Part shown: one piece after another, positions 18,761 through 28,300 of the stretch | Layout: each line of letters starts with the position of its first letter | How positions within the stretch are numbered: the first letter of the stretch is position 1 | Virus record (IMG/VR): IMGVR_UViG_3300029811_000124 | Span: 1-53,502 of that record | Direction: 5' to 3' (one strand) | Source: a virus | Lineage: Duplodnaviria > Caudoviricetes | DNA length: 53,502 nt | The notes under the pieces: generated by a model | The model's database searches: none | What the model was told of the DNA's origin: nothing | What the model saw: only the letters and a program-made list of their open reading frames with translations | Position numbers and translations under genes: made by a program

Positions 18761-20881
18761 TCAGAATAAACTAAGCTGATTTTCATCATGTAAATCTATT
18801 GTACTCCATTTTAAACTATCATAAATATTTTCAGCTTTATTAATAATATTCCTTCTAATAATCTCTTTCCAATTGACATCATCTTTATTAAAAACACTAT
18901 CTTTTTTTAATCCTATAACATCAATTATTTTACCATCATTATCATAACCCAACTTTTTGGTGAATATATACCAGAATAACTCTACATTTCTAACATCAAA
19001 TTTATCTCCAAATAGCTTTTTACTATTTTCTCTTGCTCTAACAAATATTGGTTTATAAAGGTATTCTTTGTCTTGAACTTTACAAGGAAACGCTACATCA
19101 ATTAACGGTAAAGTTTTTATTCTTTTCTTTTCATTTTTTATCCACTTTATAATTTCACTTTGAGATTCTTTGTTTAAAACTTTTTCTATTAATTCTCTTT
19201 GGAAGTAAGCCTCATATTTACTACTAGAAGCTCTTTTTACTTCTACTCCTTTTATTTCTGGCTCCTTTTTTCCTTCCACATAACCATAGTAATGGCACAT
19301 CCCGAGAAAAATAATTTTAGTGAAATATCCTTCATAGTCAAATTTTAAATCAATACAATTTTTACCATATTTTCTACCCCAATCCTGTATATATTTATTT
19401 AATTTAGCGGATAAATCTTCCTTTGAGTTATACAGTAAACTGTCAGTATCCCAAAAAATTACTTTATATCCATCTTCTTCTATTCTATCTTTACAATAGA
19501 TTAATAAATCTCTAACTAAAAAAGTAATAGATGATACAATATCATTATTATAAAGCCTAAAATACGGAGATCCGAATACGCCAAAAGCCGAATTTATAAT
19601 TCCTTTTACAGCATCATATTTGTTTTTTAAATCAGGATTTTCCTTTAATTCCTTCTTTAAATTGTTTTTTAACACTAATATTTTTTTAACCATACTAGGA
19701 AGTAAAGCGTTACTATTCTGTTTAAATTTAACTCCATTTATTTCTGTACCTTCTTTTCCTTCTTTTTTATTTATATTTGATTCATCAAGACAAAAATTTA
19801 TTATCATTGAAGGATATGCCGATCCAAGATCAACTTTTCCAACATCAAAAAACATACCATTTTCAGTAACTTCTCTTGTGGCTCCTTTAAATCCTAATTT
19901 TTTAACATCTTTCTTTTTATTTGGAAGGATTATATTCTTTAGCTTTGCTTCTTCTAAGAGCATTGATTCTATTATACGAGAATTCCATTTAAGATCTTCC
20001 CACTTGACCTTAGAGATTCTTCTTATTTCATCATAATAAGGAATAAGTTTATATCTATTCTCTAACTCTACCATCATACTTACATCATCATAATTTCTTA
20101 ATTTTATGTTTTCATTTAACATACTAAAATCAACATCTTTATATACTTTACCCTTACCTAAAAACTTTTCTCCAATATAATCTAAAGTATAACTTGCTTC
20201 TCTCATAAATACTTTACTAAATAATCCTGGACTTTTCTTATTTCCCGAATAATCCACTATACTGATTCCGGCAGGATAAAAAATATCTTTCCCTTCACCC
20301 ATTCTAACACTATTTATAGGACTTATTTTTTTAGCAAAATTTTTAATCCTATTATGGAGATAAGTATAATCAAAGCTTACATTCCAGCTAAACCAGATAT
20401 CCGGTTTAATATCTTGCAAATACTTTACAAATTCATTTAACAATGTTTCCTCATTAGAACACTCACCTAAATACCAAGTATTATACTTTTTAGTAAATGA
20501 ATCATAAGATGTAATACAAGATATTGGATATTTGGCTTGTTCCGGATGTGGGAAATCTTTACACAACACCTCAATATCTATAAATACATACTTAATTGGG
20601 CAAGGTTCTATTTTATCTACTTTATGTATAAGATAATTATTTACATATAAAATATCTGCACTATAACTATCTTCCGATCTAAATTTAGAAACATCTTTAG
20701 GTTCTGATACAAATATCTTTTTTAAAGGAACTCCATCATAACCTATATAACTACCTTTTTGGTCTGGCGCGTAGTAATGAGGGAAAAAGTCAGAATTCTT
20801 TCTTATAATTTGATTTCCTTTGTCGTCTCTGGAAAACAAATAAACTATTTTACCTTTTGAATGTATGTTAGTTAATCGCAT
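18761..20881 (-). CDS. polB: Family B DNA polymerase
   Basis: FIDIE, WNVSFD exonuclease motifs; DLGSAYPS, KGIINSAFG, WDTDS, IKGVE; C-terminal QLSLF. Confidence 0.95.
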   Translation of the reverse strand: MRLTNIHSKGKIVYLFSRDDKGNQIIRKNSDFFPHYYAPDQKGSYIGYDGVPLKKIFVSEPKDVSKFRSEDSYSADILYVNNYLIHKVDKIEPCPIKYVFIDIEVLCKDFPHPEQAKYPISCITSYDSFTKKYNTWYLGECSNEETLLNEFVKYLQDIKPDIWFSWNVSFDYTYLHNRIKNFAKKISPINSVRMGEGKDIFYPAGISIVDYSGNKKSPGLFSKVFMREASYTLDYIGEKFLGKGKVYKDVDFSMLNENIKLRNYDDVSMMVELENRYKLIPYYDEIRRISKVKWEDLKWNSRIIESMLLEEAKLKNIILPNKKKDVKKLGFKGATREVTENGMFFDVGKVDLGSAYPSMIINFCLDESNINKKEGKEGTEINGVKFKQNSNALLPSMVKKILVLKNNLKKELKENPDLKNKYDAVKGIINSAFGVFGSPYFRLYNNDIVSSITFLVRDLLIYCKDRIEEDGYKVIFWDTDSLLYNSKEDLSAKLNKYIQDWGRKYGKNCIDLKFDYEGYFTKIIFLGMCHYYGYVEGKKEPEIKGVEVKRASSSKYEAYFQRELIEKVLNKESQSEIIKWIKNEKKRIKTLPLIDVAFPCKVQDKEYLYKPIFVRARENSKKLFGDKFDVRNVELFWYIFTKKLGYDNDGKIIDVIGLKKDSVFNKDDVNWKEIIRRNIINKAENIYDSLKWSTIDLHDENQLSLF

Positions 20882-21080
20882 ATTTTTAATTATAGAGTTA
20901 GTTTTATATTAACGTTATATCCTACTGTCTTTCTATCTCCAATTTCGTAAATTTTAGATATATCTACATTACAATCCATTAGACTTTCTCCAGTAAGTTT
21001 AGATAAAAGTTTTGAAATTTTATTTTCTACTATTTCTCTTTCATTTATAATTTCTTTAATTGTCATATTTACCTCTAAAC

Positions 21081-21422
21081 TTACTCTGGTTTATTCTTCA
21101 TTATACTTTGTTGGAAATTAATCAACATTTTTCTAGCATCCAAAATCCTCTCAATTCCTTTATAGGAGGCTTCATTTTCAATCATTCTTTCTAAAGCTTC
21201 CTTTAATTCAATACTTCTAGAAGATAGTTTTAAATAAGCTTTATCCTCAGAAATACTATCCTTAATAGTATTCTCTTCATAAGCTTTGGCTAACGCTATT
21301 TTTAAAACTTTTACAGCCTTAGCGTAATCTTCTCTAGCTTTTAAATAATTATCTGCTAATCTACAATTATCTTTAGCCACTTCCCAGAGAGCCTTAGAAT
21401 CATCAAAGTCTATATTGTACAT
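21081..21422 (-). CDS. Helical hypothetical protein (possibly UvsY-like)
   Basis: Coiled-coil character and position in the recombination block only. Confidence 0.25.
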   Translation of the reverse strand: MYNIDFDDSKALWEVAKDNCRLADNYLKAREDYAKAVKVLKIALAKAYEENTIKDSISEDKAYLKLSSRSIELKEALERMIENEASYKGIERILDARKMLINFQQSIMKNKPE

Positions 21423-21424
21423 AT

Positions 21425-21802
21425 TTATTCTCCTTTTTTCCTTTCACTCATACATTTTTTACACAACGATGAGATCCATCCTTTGGATTGTGTAACTTCA
21501 TCTTTAGAGCCACATACTTCACAAGTTTTATAAGATTCTTCTTCGGCTTTATCAATTAAATCTTCTATTTCATCATTACTGTAATAACAATATACCCTCA
21601 ATCCACCGTATTTTTCTTTGGTTTGTACAACTTTGAAATCTTTTAACTTTTCTTTTTTAACTATCTTGTTTATATCTGAAAATAATTTTTCAAGTAATGG
21701 AATCCATCCGTTTCCACATTCAAATCCAAAAACCATTAGCCCTTCTTGCAAGTTGGTAGGTTTCAGAAAATCATATTTATCTTGTAGTTCTTTTCTATTC
21801 AT
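21425..21802 (-). CDS. Conserved phage hypothetical protein with C-terminal zinc ribbon
   Basis: GW..L, QTKEKYGGLRVY, CEVCG..LCKKC. Confidence 0.6.
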   Translation of the reverse strand: MNRKELQDKYDFLKPTNLQEGLMVFGFECGNGWIPLLEKLFSDINKIVKKEKLKDFKVVQTKEKYGGLRVYCYYSNDEIEDLIDKAEEESYKTCEVCGSKDEVTQSKGWISSLCKKCMSERKKGE

Positions 21803-21916
21803 ACTGCCTTCGGATTACAACCATTACAGAGCCAAACTAATTTATCATTTGCTCTCTCATTAAAAAATACCCACTTACCTTCCTTCTCTTTTTTACAACA
21901 AAAACATATATGTTTT

Positions 21917-22453
21917 TCAGGCATCTAATTCTCCTATATTATATTTACTAATCTCAATTCCACTTTCATTCAAGATTGTTTTAGAATAACTATCATATTC
22001 AGGACCTTCTAAATAAACTAATCTTTTTACTCCAGCATTAATAATTTCTATTGCACAATCCTTACATACTTGTCCACAGAAACAATATAGTGTAGTATCT
22101 TTTGTAGATATTCCATTTCTTGCCGCTTGAATTAAAGCGTTCCTTTCTCCATGTCCCGCTTGACAGAGATGTAATCCTTCACCAGATTTGTAACCTAAAA
22201 CTTTACGAGGACAACCATCTGGTATTGCCCCATCTATACTTTTTTCGTATACTTTTTCTTTATCTAAATTACAATAGAAATCCATTAATCTTTCATTACA
22301 GTGTTTAACTCCACGGCTTGGTCCATTATATCCTGTACTAACAATCGCCTTATCCTTAACTAATACTGCTCCAATTTTACGAGATAAACAAGATGAGTTT
22401 TTAGATACTTCTCTTGCGATACGGAGAAAATATAAATCAAACTTCTTACTCAT
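21917..22453 (-). CDS. dCMP deaminase
   Basis: SSCLSRKIGAVLV, TGYNG, HGERNAL, CKDC, INAGV. Confidence 0.92.
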   Translation of the reverse strand: MSKKFDLYFLRIAREVSKNSSCLSRKIGAVLVKDKAIVSTGYNGPSRGVKHCNERLMDFYCNLDKEKVYEKSIDGAIPDGCPRKVLGYKSGEGLHLCQAGHGERNALIQAARNGISTKDTTLYCFCGQVCKDCAIEIINAGVKRLVYLEGPEYDSYSKTILNESGIEISKYNIGELDA

Positions 22454-23021
22454 AACTCTCTTATTCTATTTTGTATTTCATCTCTAATTTTATCAAAAAT
22501 TTTAACAATTACTGTATCACAAACATTATCTATTCCACTACCAAGCATCTCCAAAAATCCTACTATATATGCTACTATAGCTATAGGAACTAAAACAAGA
22601 AATAGTAGAAAGTGTAGAAATCCTTTAAATATATGTTTTATGGTTTCCATTCTTTCCTCCTCTATAACAACAGTAAAATAACAAATGTTATTACAATTCC
22701 TATAACTAAAGCAGAAACTGTAGTACGTATAAGTCTAATCACTATTTTTCTTTCAATCTCCATCTTACTCCTTATTTAACTTTAAAGATAATTCTTTCAC
22801 TTCTTTTTCAAATTCCGCAACTTGGTATCTCAAGTCAATATTTTGTTTTTCAAATTCACCTAACTCCAAACCAACTTTAGCTCTTTGGTCGTAGATTTTT
22901 CTAAGTATACTAGTTTGTTTTTTCAATTCGTTTAAATTCTTTTTTAAACTCTTATTCTGTGCTGACAATTCTGCCATTTTAACTTTCTCTTTACCATTTT
23001 TAGAATTAATTACTACTAACA

Positions 23022-23903
23022 TTATTTCTCCTTTTTTTCAAACCCTGACTCAAAATAATAAGGGAGATGTATTTTTGTCAATTCTGGTTTTGTACCAGGT
23101 GTTTGAGTTTTTTGAATAGTCAATACCATATTAAACCCAATAATTTCAACTACTTTTTTTCCATTAACCTCCTTCGTGGCTTTTGGAGCATCCACCTTTT
23201 GACCTCTTCTTGCGTGAAGAGTTAAAACAGAATTGTGTTTAAGTGCGGAGCCCCCTGTAAGTTGTTCTATTGCTATAAACCCTATACTTGTTCTAGTTTG
23301 TCCTATTAATAAGACTGCTGTATTGGCTCTAAATACTGAATCTCCAGCCATTCTAAAAAATTGCGATAACTTCCGGGCCAATAGAGCCATACTGTCGGAT
23401 TCCAGTGACTTTTCTCCCTTCTTATCTTCCTGCTCTGACTTTGGAGAAAGGCTATGAACCGAATCAAGAATAATCAAATCAACAAGTTTTTCTTTTGTTA
23501 ATTTTATTATAGAATCCAACGATTGTTCTGCTATAGGAAAACGACCTATAATCAATTTACTCAAATCAACACCAAATTGTTCAGCTCTTACAGAATCAAA
23601 AGGTTCTAATGCAATATAATATACCGTTTTACCTTCTCTTTGAGCTTGTGCTGTTAAATAATGAGCCATTGTAGATTTCCCACTTCCAGGACTTCCCCAT
23701 ATAACGGAGAAACGACCTCTAGCTATACCTCCTCCTAATATTTCATCAACTTTTGGTATACCAAAGGATATTTTCTCCCATTCCTTTTCAGAACTAGCAA
23801 AATGTACAGTATCTATACCATATTTCTTATTTATCTCTAGTAGGGATTTTTTTAAGAGAATTTGTTTACTAATTTTTTCTTCTTTTTTTTCTTTCTTTTT
23901 CAT
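23022..23903 (-). CDS. recA: RecA-like recombinase
   Basis: LGGGIARGR, GSPGSGKST, IILDSV, LARKLSQ, IGQTR, TGGSALKH. Confidence 0.9.
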   Translation of the reverse strand: MKKKEKKEEKISKQILLKKSLLEINKKYGIDTVHFASSEKEWEKISFGIPKVDEILGGGIARGRFSVIWGSPGSGKSTMAHYLTAQAQREGKTVYYIALEPFDSVRAEQFGVDLSKLIIGRFPIAEQSLDSIIKLTKEKLVDLIILDSVHSLSPKSEQEDKKGEKSLESDSMALLARKLSQFFRMAGDSVFRANTAVLLIGQTRTSIGFIAIEQLTGGSALKHNSVLTLHARRGQKVDAPKATKEVNGKKVVEIIGFNMVLTIQKTQTPGTKPELTKIHLPYYFESGFEKKEK

Positions 23904-24256
23904 ATCAATCTCTCCGAGTATAATCTTTTCATTATTCTACAAAATTCAATAAAATCAAGTAGAGCGAATTTATCTTTATTTTTATTTTCTAAAACATATA
24001 AAGGAATTTTTTTAGAATTTAAAGGAATTTCAGAACATAATTTATCCCAAGTATCTTTTTTTATTGTAATATTTTTAGTTGTTCGCTGTTTACATTCCAC
24101 ATAAAAATAAGGATTGTAAATATCTCCTAATCCATTACTAGCCCCCGAATTTTTACTAGGTCTAATTGTTTTATCCTGAAAAATAGAGCAAAAAGTTGCG
24201 GCTACAAATTCTTCCAAAGAAAAACCCTTTCTGTTACTCTTTTTATAGTTTCTCAT
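23900..24256 (-). CDS. PD-(D/E)xK nuclease, Holliday-junction resolvase-like
   Basis: KG..LE, SGA, GDI, YVECK. Confidence 0.65.
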   Translation of the reverse strand: MRNYKKSNRKGFSLEEFVAATFCSIFQDKTIRPSKNSGASNGLGDIYNPYFYVECKQRTTKNITIKKDTWDKLCSEIPLNSKKIPLYVLENKNKDKFALLDFIEFCRIMKRLYSERLI

Positions 24257-24549
24257 TGTCCTAATTCGTTTATATTAACAAACCCATTTTCATCCGTCAT
24301 ATTTTCAATCATTGTTCTCAATTCATTGGACATTTCTCTTAATGTTTCCAAATCACCATGAGCGCCAATAAGACTTTTAGAATCATCAATTTCATCACAA
24401 TCTTCTCCACATTCGACACATTTACAATTTGGGTCTTTTTTAAATCCTATAAATCTAAACAAAAAACAACCATCTTTATGTGTTGCATTATATCTATATA
24501 CCATTTCTATAATATCCTTTAATTCAGATATTTTTTCTAATTGTTTCAT
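24253..24549 (-). CDS. Hypothetical protein, paralog of 28033..28284
   Basis: Shared A.G....LR...N.LR..IE....GFVN pattern. Confidence 0.55.
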   Translation of the reverse strand: MKQLEKISELKDIIEMVYRYNATHKDGCFLFRFIGFKKDPNCKCVECGEDCDEIDDSKSLIGAHGDLETLREMSNELRTMIENMTDENGFVNINELGQ

Positions 24550-26082
24550 TTAATACTCCCATTTATTTTCCTTTAACCATTTATTGTATCTTCGCAAAAT
24601 CTGTTCAAAGGTAACCGGCATAAAATCCCAAACATCACAACTTATATTTATAGCGTCCGTGTGTAGATTTCCTTTTCTAATTCTTTTAATTTGCCAAGCA
24701 CTATTACACATAATTATAACTTTACCATTTCTACGGGTAACTATAGTATCCAATGGTACATTAACACACCAAAGAATACCTTGATATTCCCTTTTTACCA
24801 AGTTATCGGTATTAAATGTTGTAAATTGTTTATCCAATAGTATAGTTAAAATATAATTTTGCTTACGATTACTGTTTTTAGTAAGTTTTTTTGCAGAAAT
24901 TGAACATTTATGACCATTTAATACACAAATTTCTTGTAATAAATCAGACTCTATTTTTTTTGATGTAGAAATCTGTATGTATATATGTTTACCTAAATAT
25001 TTAATACCATCGGTATGAGAATATTCTTCTAACAGAATTTTTGCTTGATGTTTAGATACTTTTCTCAAAAATTCTGGCAATCTTTTTCCATCTTTAAAAA
25101 TTTCTATAAATTTCGTTAACTCCTTTGATTTTAATAAATTAATCCTATAAGGTATTAAAATTTGTTGACTCTCTATTTTACATTTATTTATAGTATATTT
25201 AATATTAAGTTTATTTAATAACAATATTAATCTATCTATTTTTCGTTGTTTACTGAGTTTAAAACGTATAAATGGTGTTTTACCATCGTATGATATACTA
25301 CCATCGGCCGCTATCCAAACAATTAATTGTATTTCATCATCTGTTATATTTAAACCATTATAGTTTATATTTCCCGAATTATAGTAGTAATAAATTGTAT
25401 TTTTTTTATCTAACAATCCTTTAGATATACTTTCTTTAAACCCTTTACTATTATGTTTCCTTATATATAATCTATGTTTTTCAGATATCCCAAAATTGGT
25501 TGAACGGGACTCTAAAGTTATTATTGGTTGTTCTGTTTTCTCTATTTTTATATAATTAATATTATTTAATTCCAAATTTTTGGTTAACTTATTAAGAGAT
25601 ACTACCAAATCTGATTTGGTAATATTGGTGTGGTTTTTCCAACCATTTTCAGTTAGTATTTCTGTTTTTTCGTCTAAGCAGTGTACGTGCCCACAGAAGT
25701 TTATATCATAGTTAAAATTAACATGCTCAGGTTTATGTACTAAAAATACTCTTTTTCCACCATATCTAATAACTATATTTTCTATTATAGTTTTACATCC
25801 ATTGTTAACTGTGTGATTACCCTTAATATGGATAATTTTTCCATTTAACTGTTTATCATAATCTATAGCTTTTTTAATAGTACCTTCTCCTTTTTTACCC
25901 CCTGGACTGTTATGAAAATTCCAATCTCCCAAATCAAATATAATATCATCCTTTTTAACCCTGCTATTCCAATTGGAAATTATTTTGGCATCCATTTCCT
26001 CTACATTCTTAAATGGACGATTACAATACCGGATAATATTGGCATGCGAAAAATGTGTATCTGAGATATACCAATTATTCAC
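24550..26082 (-). CDS. Calcineurin-like metallophosphoesterase, intein-containing
   Basis: ISDTHFSH, DLGD, KGNH, H.P, CGHVH then intein, INISCDVWDF.PV. Confidence 0.9.
   Translation of the reverse strand: MNNWYISDTHFSHANIIRYCNRPFKNVEEMDAKIISNWNSRVKKDDIIFDLGDWNFHNSPGGKKGEGTIKKAIDYDKQLNGKIIHIKGNHTVNNGCKTIIENIVIRYGGKRVFLVHKPEHVNFNYDINFCGHVHCLDEKTEILTENGWKNHTNITKSDLVVSLNKLTKNLELNNINYIKIEKTEQPIITLESRSTNFGISEKHRLYIRKHNSKGFKESISKGLLDKKNTIYYYYNSGNINYNGLNITDDEIQLIVWIAADGSISYDGKTPFIRFKLSKQRKIDRLILLLNKLNIKYTINKCKIESQQILIPYRINLLKSKELTKFIEIFKDGKRLPEFLRKVSKHQAKILLEEYSHTDGIKYLGKHIYIQISTSKKIESDLLQEICVLNGHKCSISAKKLTKNSNRKQNYILTILLDKQFTTFNTDNLVKREYQGILWCVNVPLDTIVTRRNGKVIIMCNSAWQIKRIRKGNLHTDAINISCDVWDFMPVTFEQILRRYNKWLKENKWEY
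24703..25680 (-). mobile_element. Intein (326 aa) with LAGLIDADG endonuclease
   Basis: CLDEKTEILTENGWK ... WIAADGS ... YSHTDG ... WCVNV...RRNGKVIIMCN followed by S+1. Confidence 0.9.
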
Positions 26083-26416
26083 TGTATCCTTTACTCCTCT
26101 TCCTCTTCAAGATAGAAGAATAAATCTTCTTCTTTCATTCCGAAATATTTACAATATTCTTTAATTTTATTTGCAGGTACAGAAATAAGTAAATGACCAT
26201 TATCCACTTTCTGTAGTATTTTACAACCCAATAGTTTTGCTTTTTTTATACACTTCAATTGAACTTCTAAAGATTTAATAACATCATCCCATTTTTTTAA
26301 ACCTTCGCATACCCATTTAAAATGGAACCAATCTTCACCATTTCCTTTTTTAATTGTTTTCTTCTTTATTGTCTTCTTTTTCATTCTTTCTCCTTCATTT
26401 TCTCCTTTATTAAAAT

Positions 26417-26679
26417 GCCAATGTGGGATAGGCTAAGAAGCCTAAGTATAATAATCAACTATAATTAATAACCAAGACGAGTTTTTATGATATATTAACA
26501 ATTAACAACGGTATGTTTGTTTTAATAGTATACCAACAATTACTCGTGCCATTATGGGAATTTCCATAAATTGTTTATTAGATAGCTATTCTTAAATCCT
26601 ACCCCACTCTACTATTTTAACGTTCAAATCTCTTAAGAGATTTTACTTATTAAAAATTCAAGCAGCTTTCCACATCAGC
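26417..26679 (-). ncRNA. Candidate multi-stem structured RNA
   Basis: 10-bp closing helix GCUGAUGUGG/CCACAUUGGC enclosing at least five further stems in a non-coding gap. Confidence 0.6.
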
Positions 26680-26689
26680 TATTATATTT

Positions 26690-26980
26690 TTATTGTAATG
26701 GTTCCAATAATTTATCTACATCTGCAACTAAATCTATTGTATATTTTGCGTTTGCTTGTTTAATTTGAGAGTCAACTTTAAATAGAAATGTTTCCAACTC
26801 TACTACCTTTTTATCTACTGTTTTTACATCATATTGTGGTTCTTCCAATTCGGATCTTGAATTATCCCCAACTCCATAAATACTTGAACGTTTAATAGAA
26901 ACTTGATTCCTTAATGTTTGTAATTCACTAAGTCTTTTCTTTACTGCCACTTGTAATGCTAAAGCTTCGTTAATAGTCAT
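26690..26980 (-). CDS. DIP1984-like (DUF6847-like) coiled-coil protein
   Basis: M.INEAL.....L..L...R, EP.YD, D..I..AN...I pattern. Confidence 0.55.
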   Translation of the reverse strand: MTINEALALQVAVKKRLSELQTLRNQVSIKRSSIYGVGDNSRSELEEPQYDVKTVDKKVVELETFLFKVDSQIKQANAKYTIDLVADVDKLLEPLQ

Positions 26981-26990
26981 AGTTTACCTC

Positions 26991-27479
26991 CTATTTTTTT
27001 GCCAACAATAATTTTTCCGTTTTATTTATAAACTGTTTTCTTTTTTTCTCTAAATATTCTACAGTAAATGTTAATTCTTTTTTATCATTATCTCTAAGTT
27101 TCTTTATTATACCTTTACCATATAGTTTTATAATACTATCCATATAATCTAAAACATTTCCGGCGAGGAAAATGTTGCACCGCATACACTGTATATGACA
27201 TCCTTTTTCATAAAATAGATTAGCATTGTTTCTTCCTGATACAAAGTGACCTGCCTGTAATTTCTTGAAGGGGAAAAGACGTCCACATGAAATACAATGA
27301 CCCCAATCTGGTTTTCCTGTAGTTCTTAAACAATCTCTAGTTCTTATAAAAATACTAAATTCTTTCCAACATTTATCTTTTGCTTTTTTTATTGTTAACT
27401 TTTTTTTTATTTTTTTTACTTTCTTCTTTTTCATTTTTTCAATATTGCCCATATTCCATTGTAAACACACTCTTCGCAA
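26991..27479 (-). CDS. ninG: NinG/Rap-like HNH recombination nuclease
   Basis: FS.FIR.RD, CISCG, QAGHF.S, HIQC.RCN..L.GN. Start probably MKKKKV. Confidence 0.85.
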   Translation of the reverse strand: MRRVCLQWNMGNIEKMKKKKVKKIKKKLTIKKAKDKCWKEFSIFIRTRDCLRTTGKPDWGHCISCGRLFPFKKLQAGHFVSGRNNANLFYEKGCHIQCMRCNIFLAGNVLDYMDSIIKLYGKGIIKKLRDNDKKELTFTVEYLEKKRKQFINKTEKLLLAKK

Positions 27480-28032
27480 CGATTGACCAATTTATCATTA
27501 TAAAATTCACCTTTTAATTTTATTACCTGTTTTTTACACACATCACATATAAGAGGTTTAGGTTTTCCTATTCCGTTAAACGGTGTTCTAGGTATTTGAT
27601 TGGAGCCAGGACTAAAATGTTTTTTAGCCCATTTTTTATAATCAACTCTATTCTTTCTTCTAGTTCTGTCAGCTCTCCAAGAACCTAACTTTTTTCTTTC
27701 AGTTGATTTCTTTTGCATTTTTTTCCGTCTCCACTAAGAGTAATTTGTTGTCTTTATATTTAGTGTATTTTTTACTAATACTTTTTATTAAGTATTTAAA
27801 CCCTTCTTCGGAATCAAATACTTTATCTTCTTTTATTACCTCGTCCAAATAACCGAGTATAAATTCAAATTTTTCTTTCATTTAAACAAACCTATAACAA
27901 TAAATATTATTCCCATGATAAATAAAAGAGGTTTTAACATACTCCACCTCCACCAAGTACAGATACTACTAATTAATACATAAATTATTCCAAAACTTAT
28001 ATAACTTATATTCATATTAATTCCTTATAAAA

Positions 28033-28284
28033 TTATAAATTTACAAAACCATCTTCACTAGAATCCTCTATAGTATCTCTTAAGTCATTTAATAAGTTTC
28101 TTAAATGTTTTTTAGTTCCAAAAGCAAATATAGCTCCAGAATTTTTTTTCATTTTAGTTTGTTCTTTATTTTCAAACGCCACCAATGCCCCTATGAATAC
28201 AACATTTTTGTTATTTGCTCCTAAATAACGTTGAATAGCCTGCATTGTATCTTTTATTTCACATTGGAAATCTTCTTTATTCAT
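28033..28284 (-). CDS. Hypothetical protein, paralog of 24253..24549
   Basis: See 24253..24549. Confidence 0.55.
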   Translation of the reverse strand: MNKEDFQCEIKDTMQAIQRYLGANNKNVVFIGALVAFENKEQTKMKKNSGAIFAFGTKKHLRNLLNDLRDTIEDSSEDGFVNL

Positions 28285-28300
28285 TAATTGCCTCCAATTA

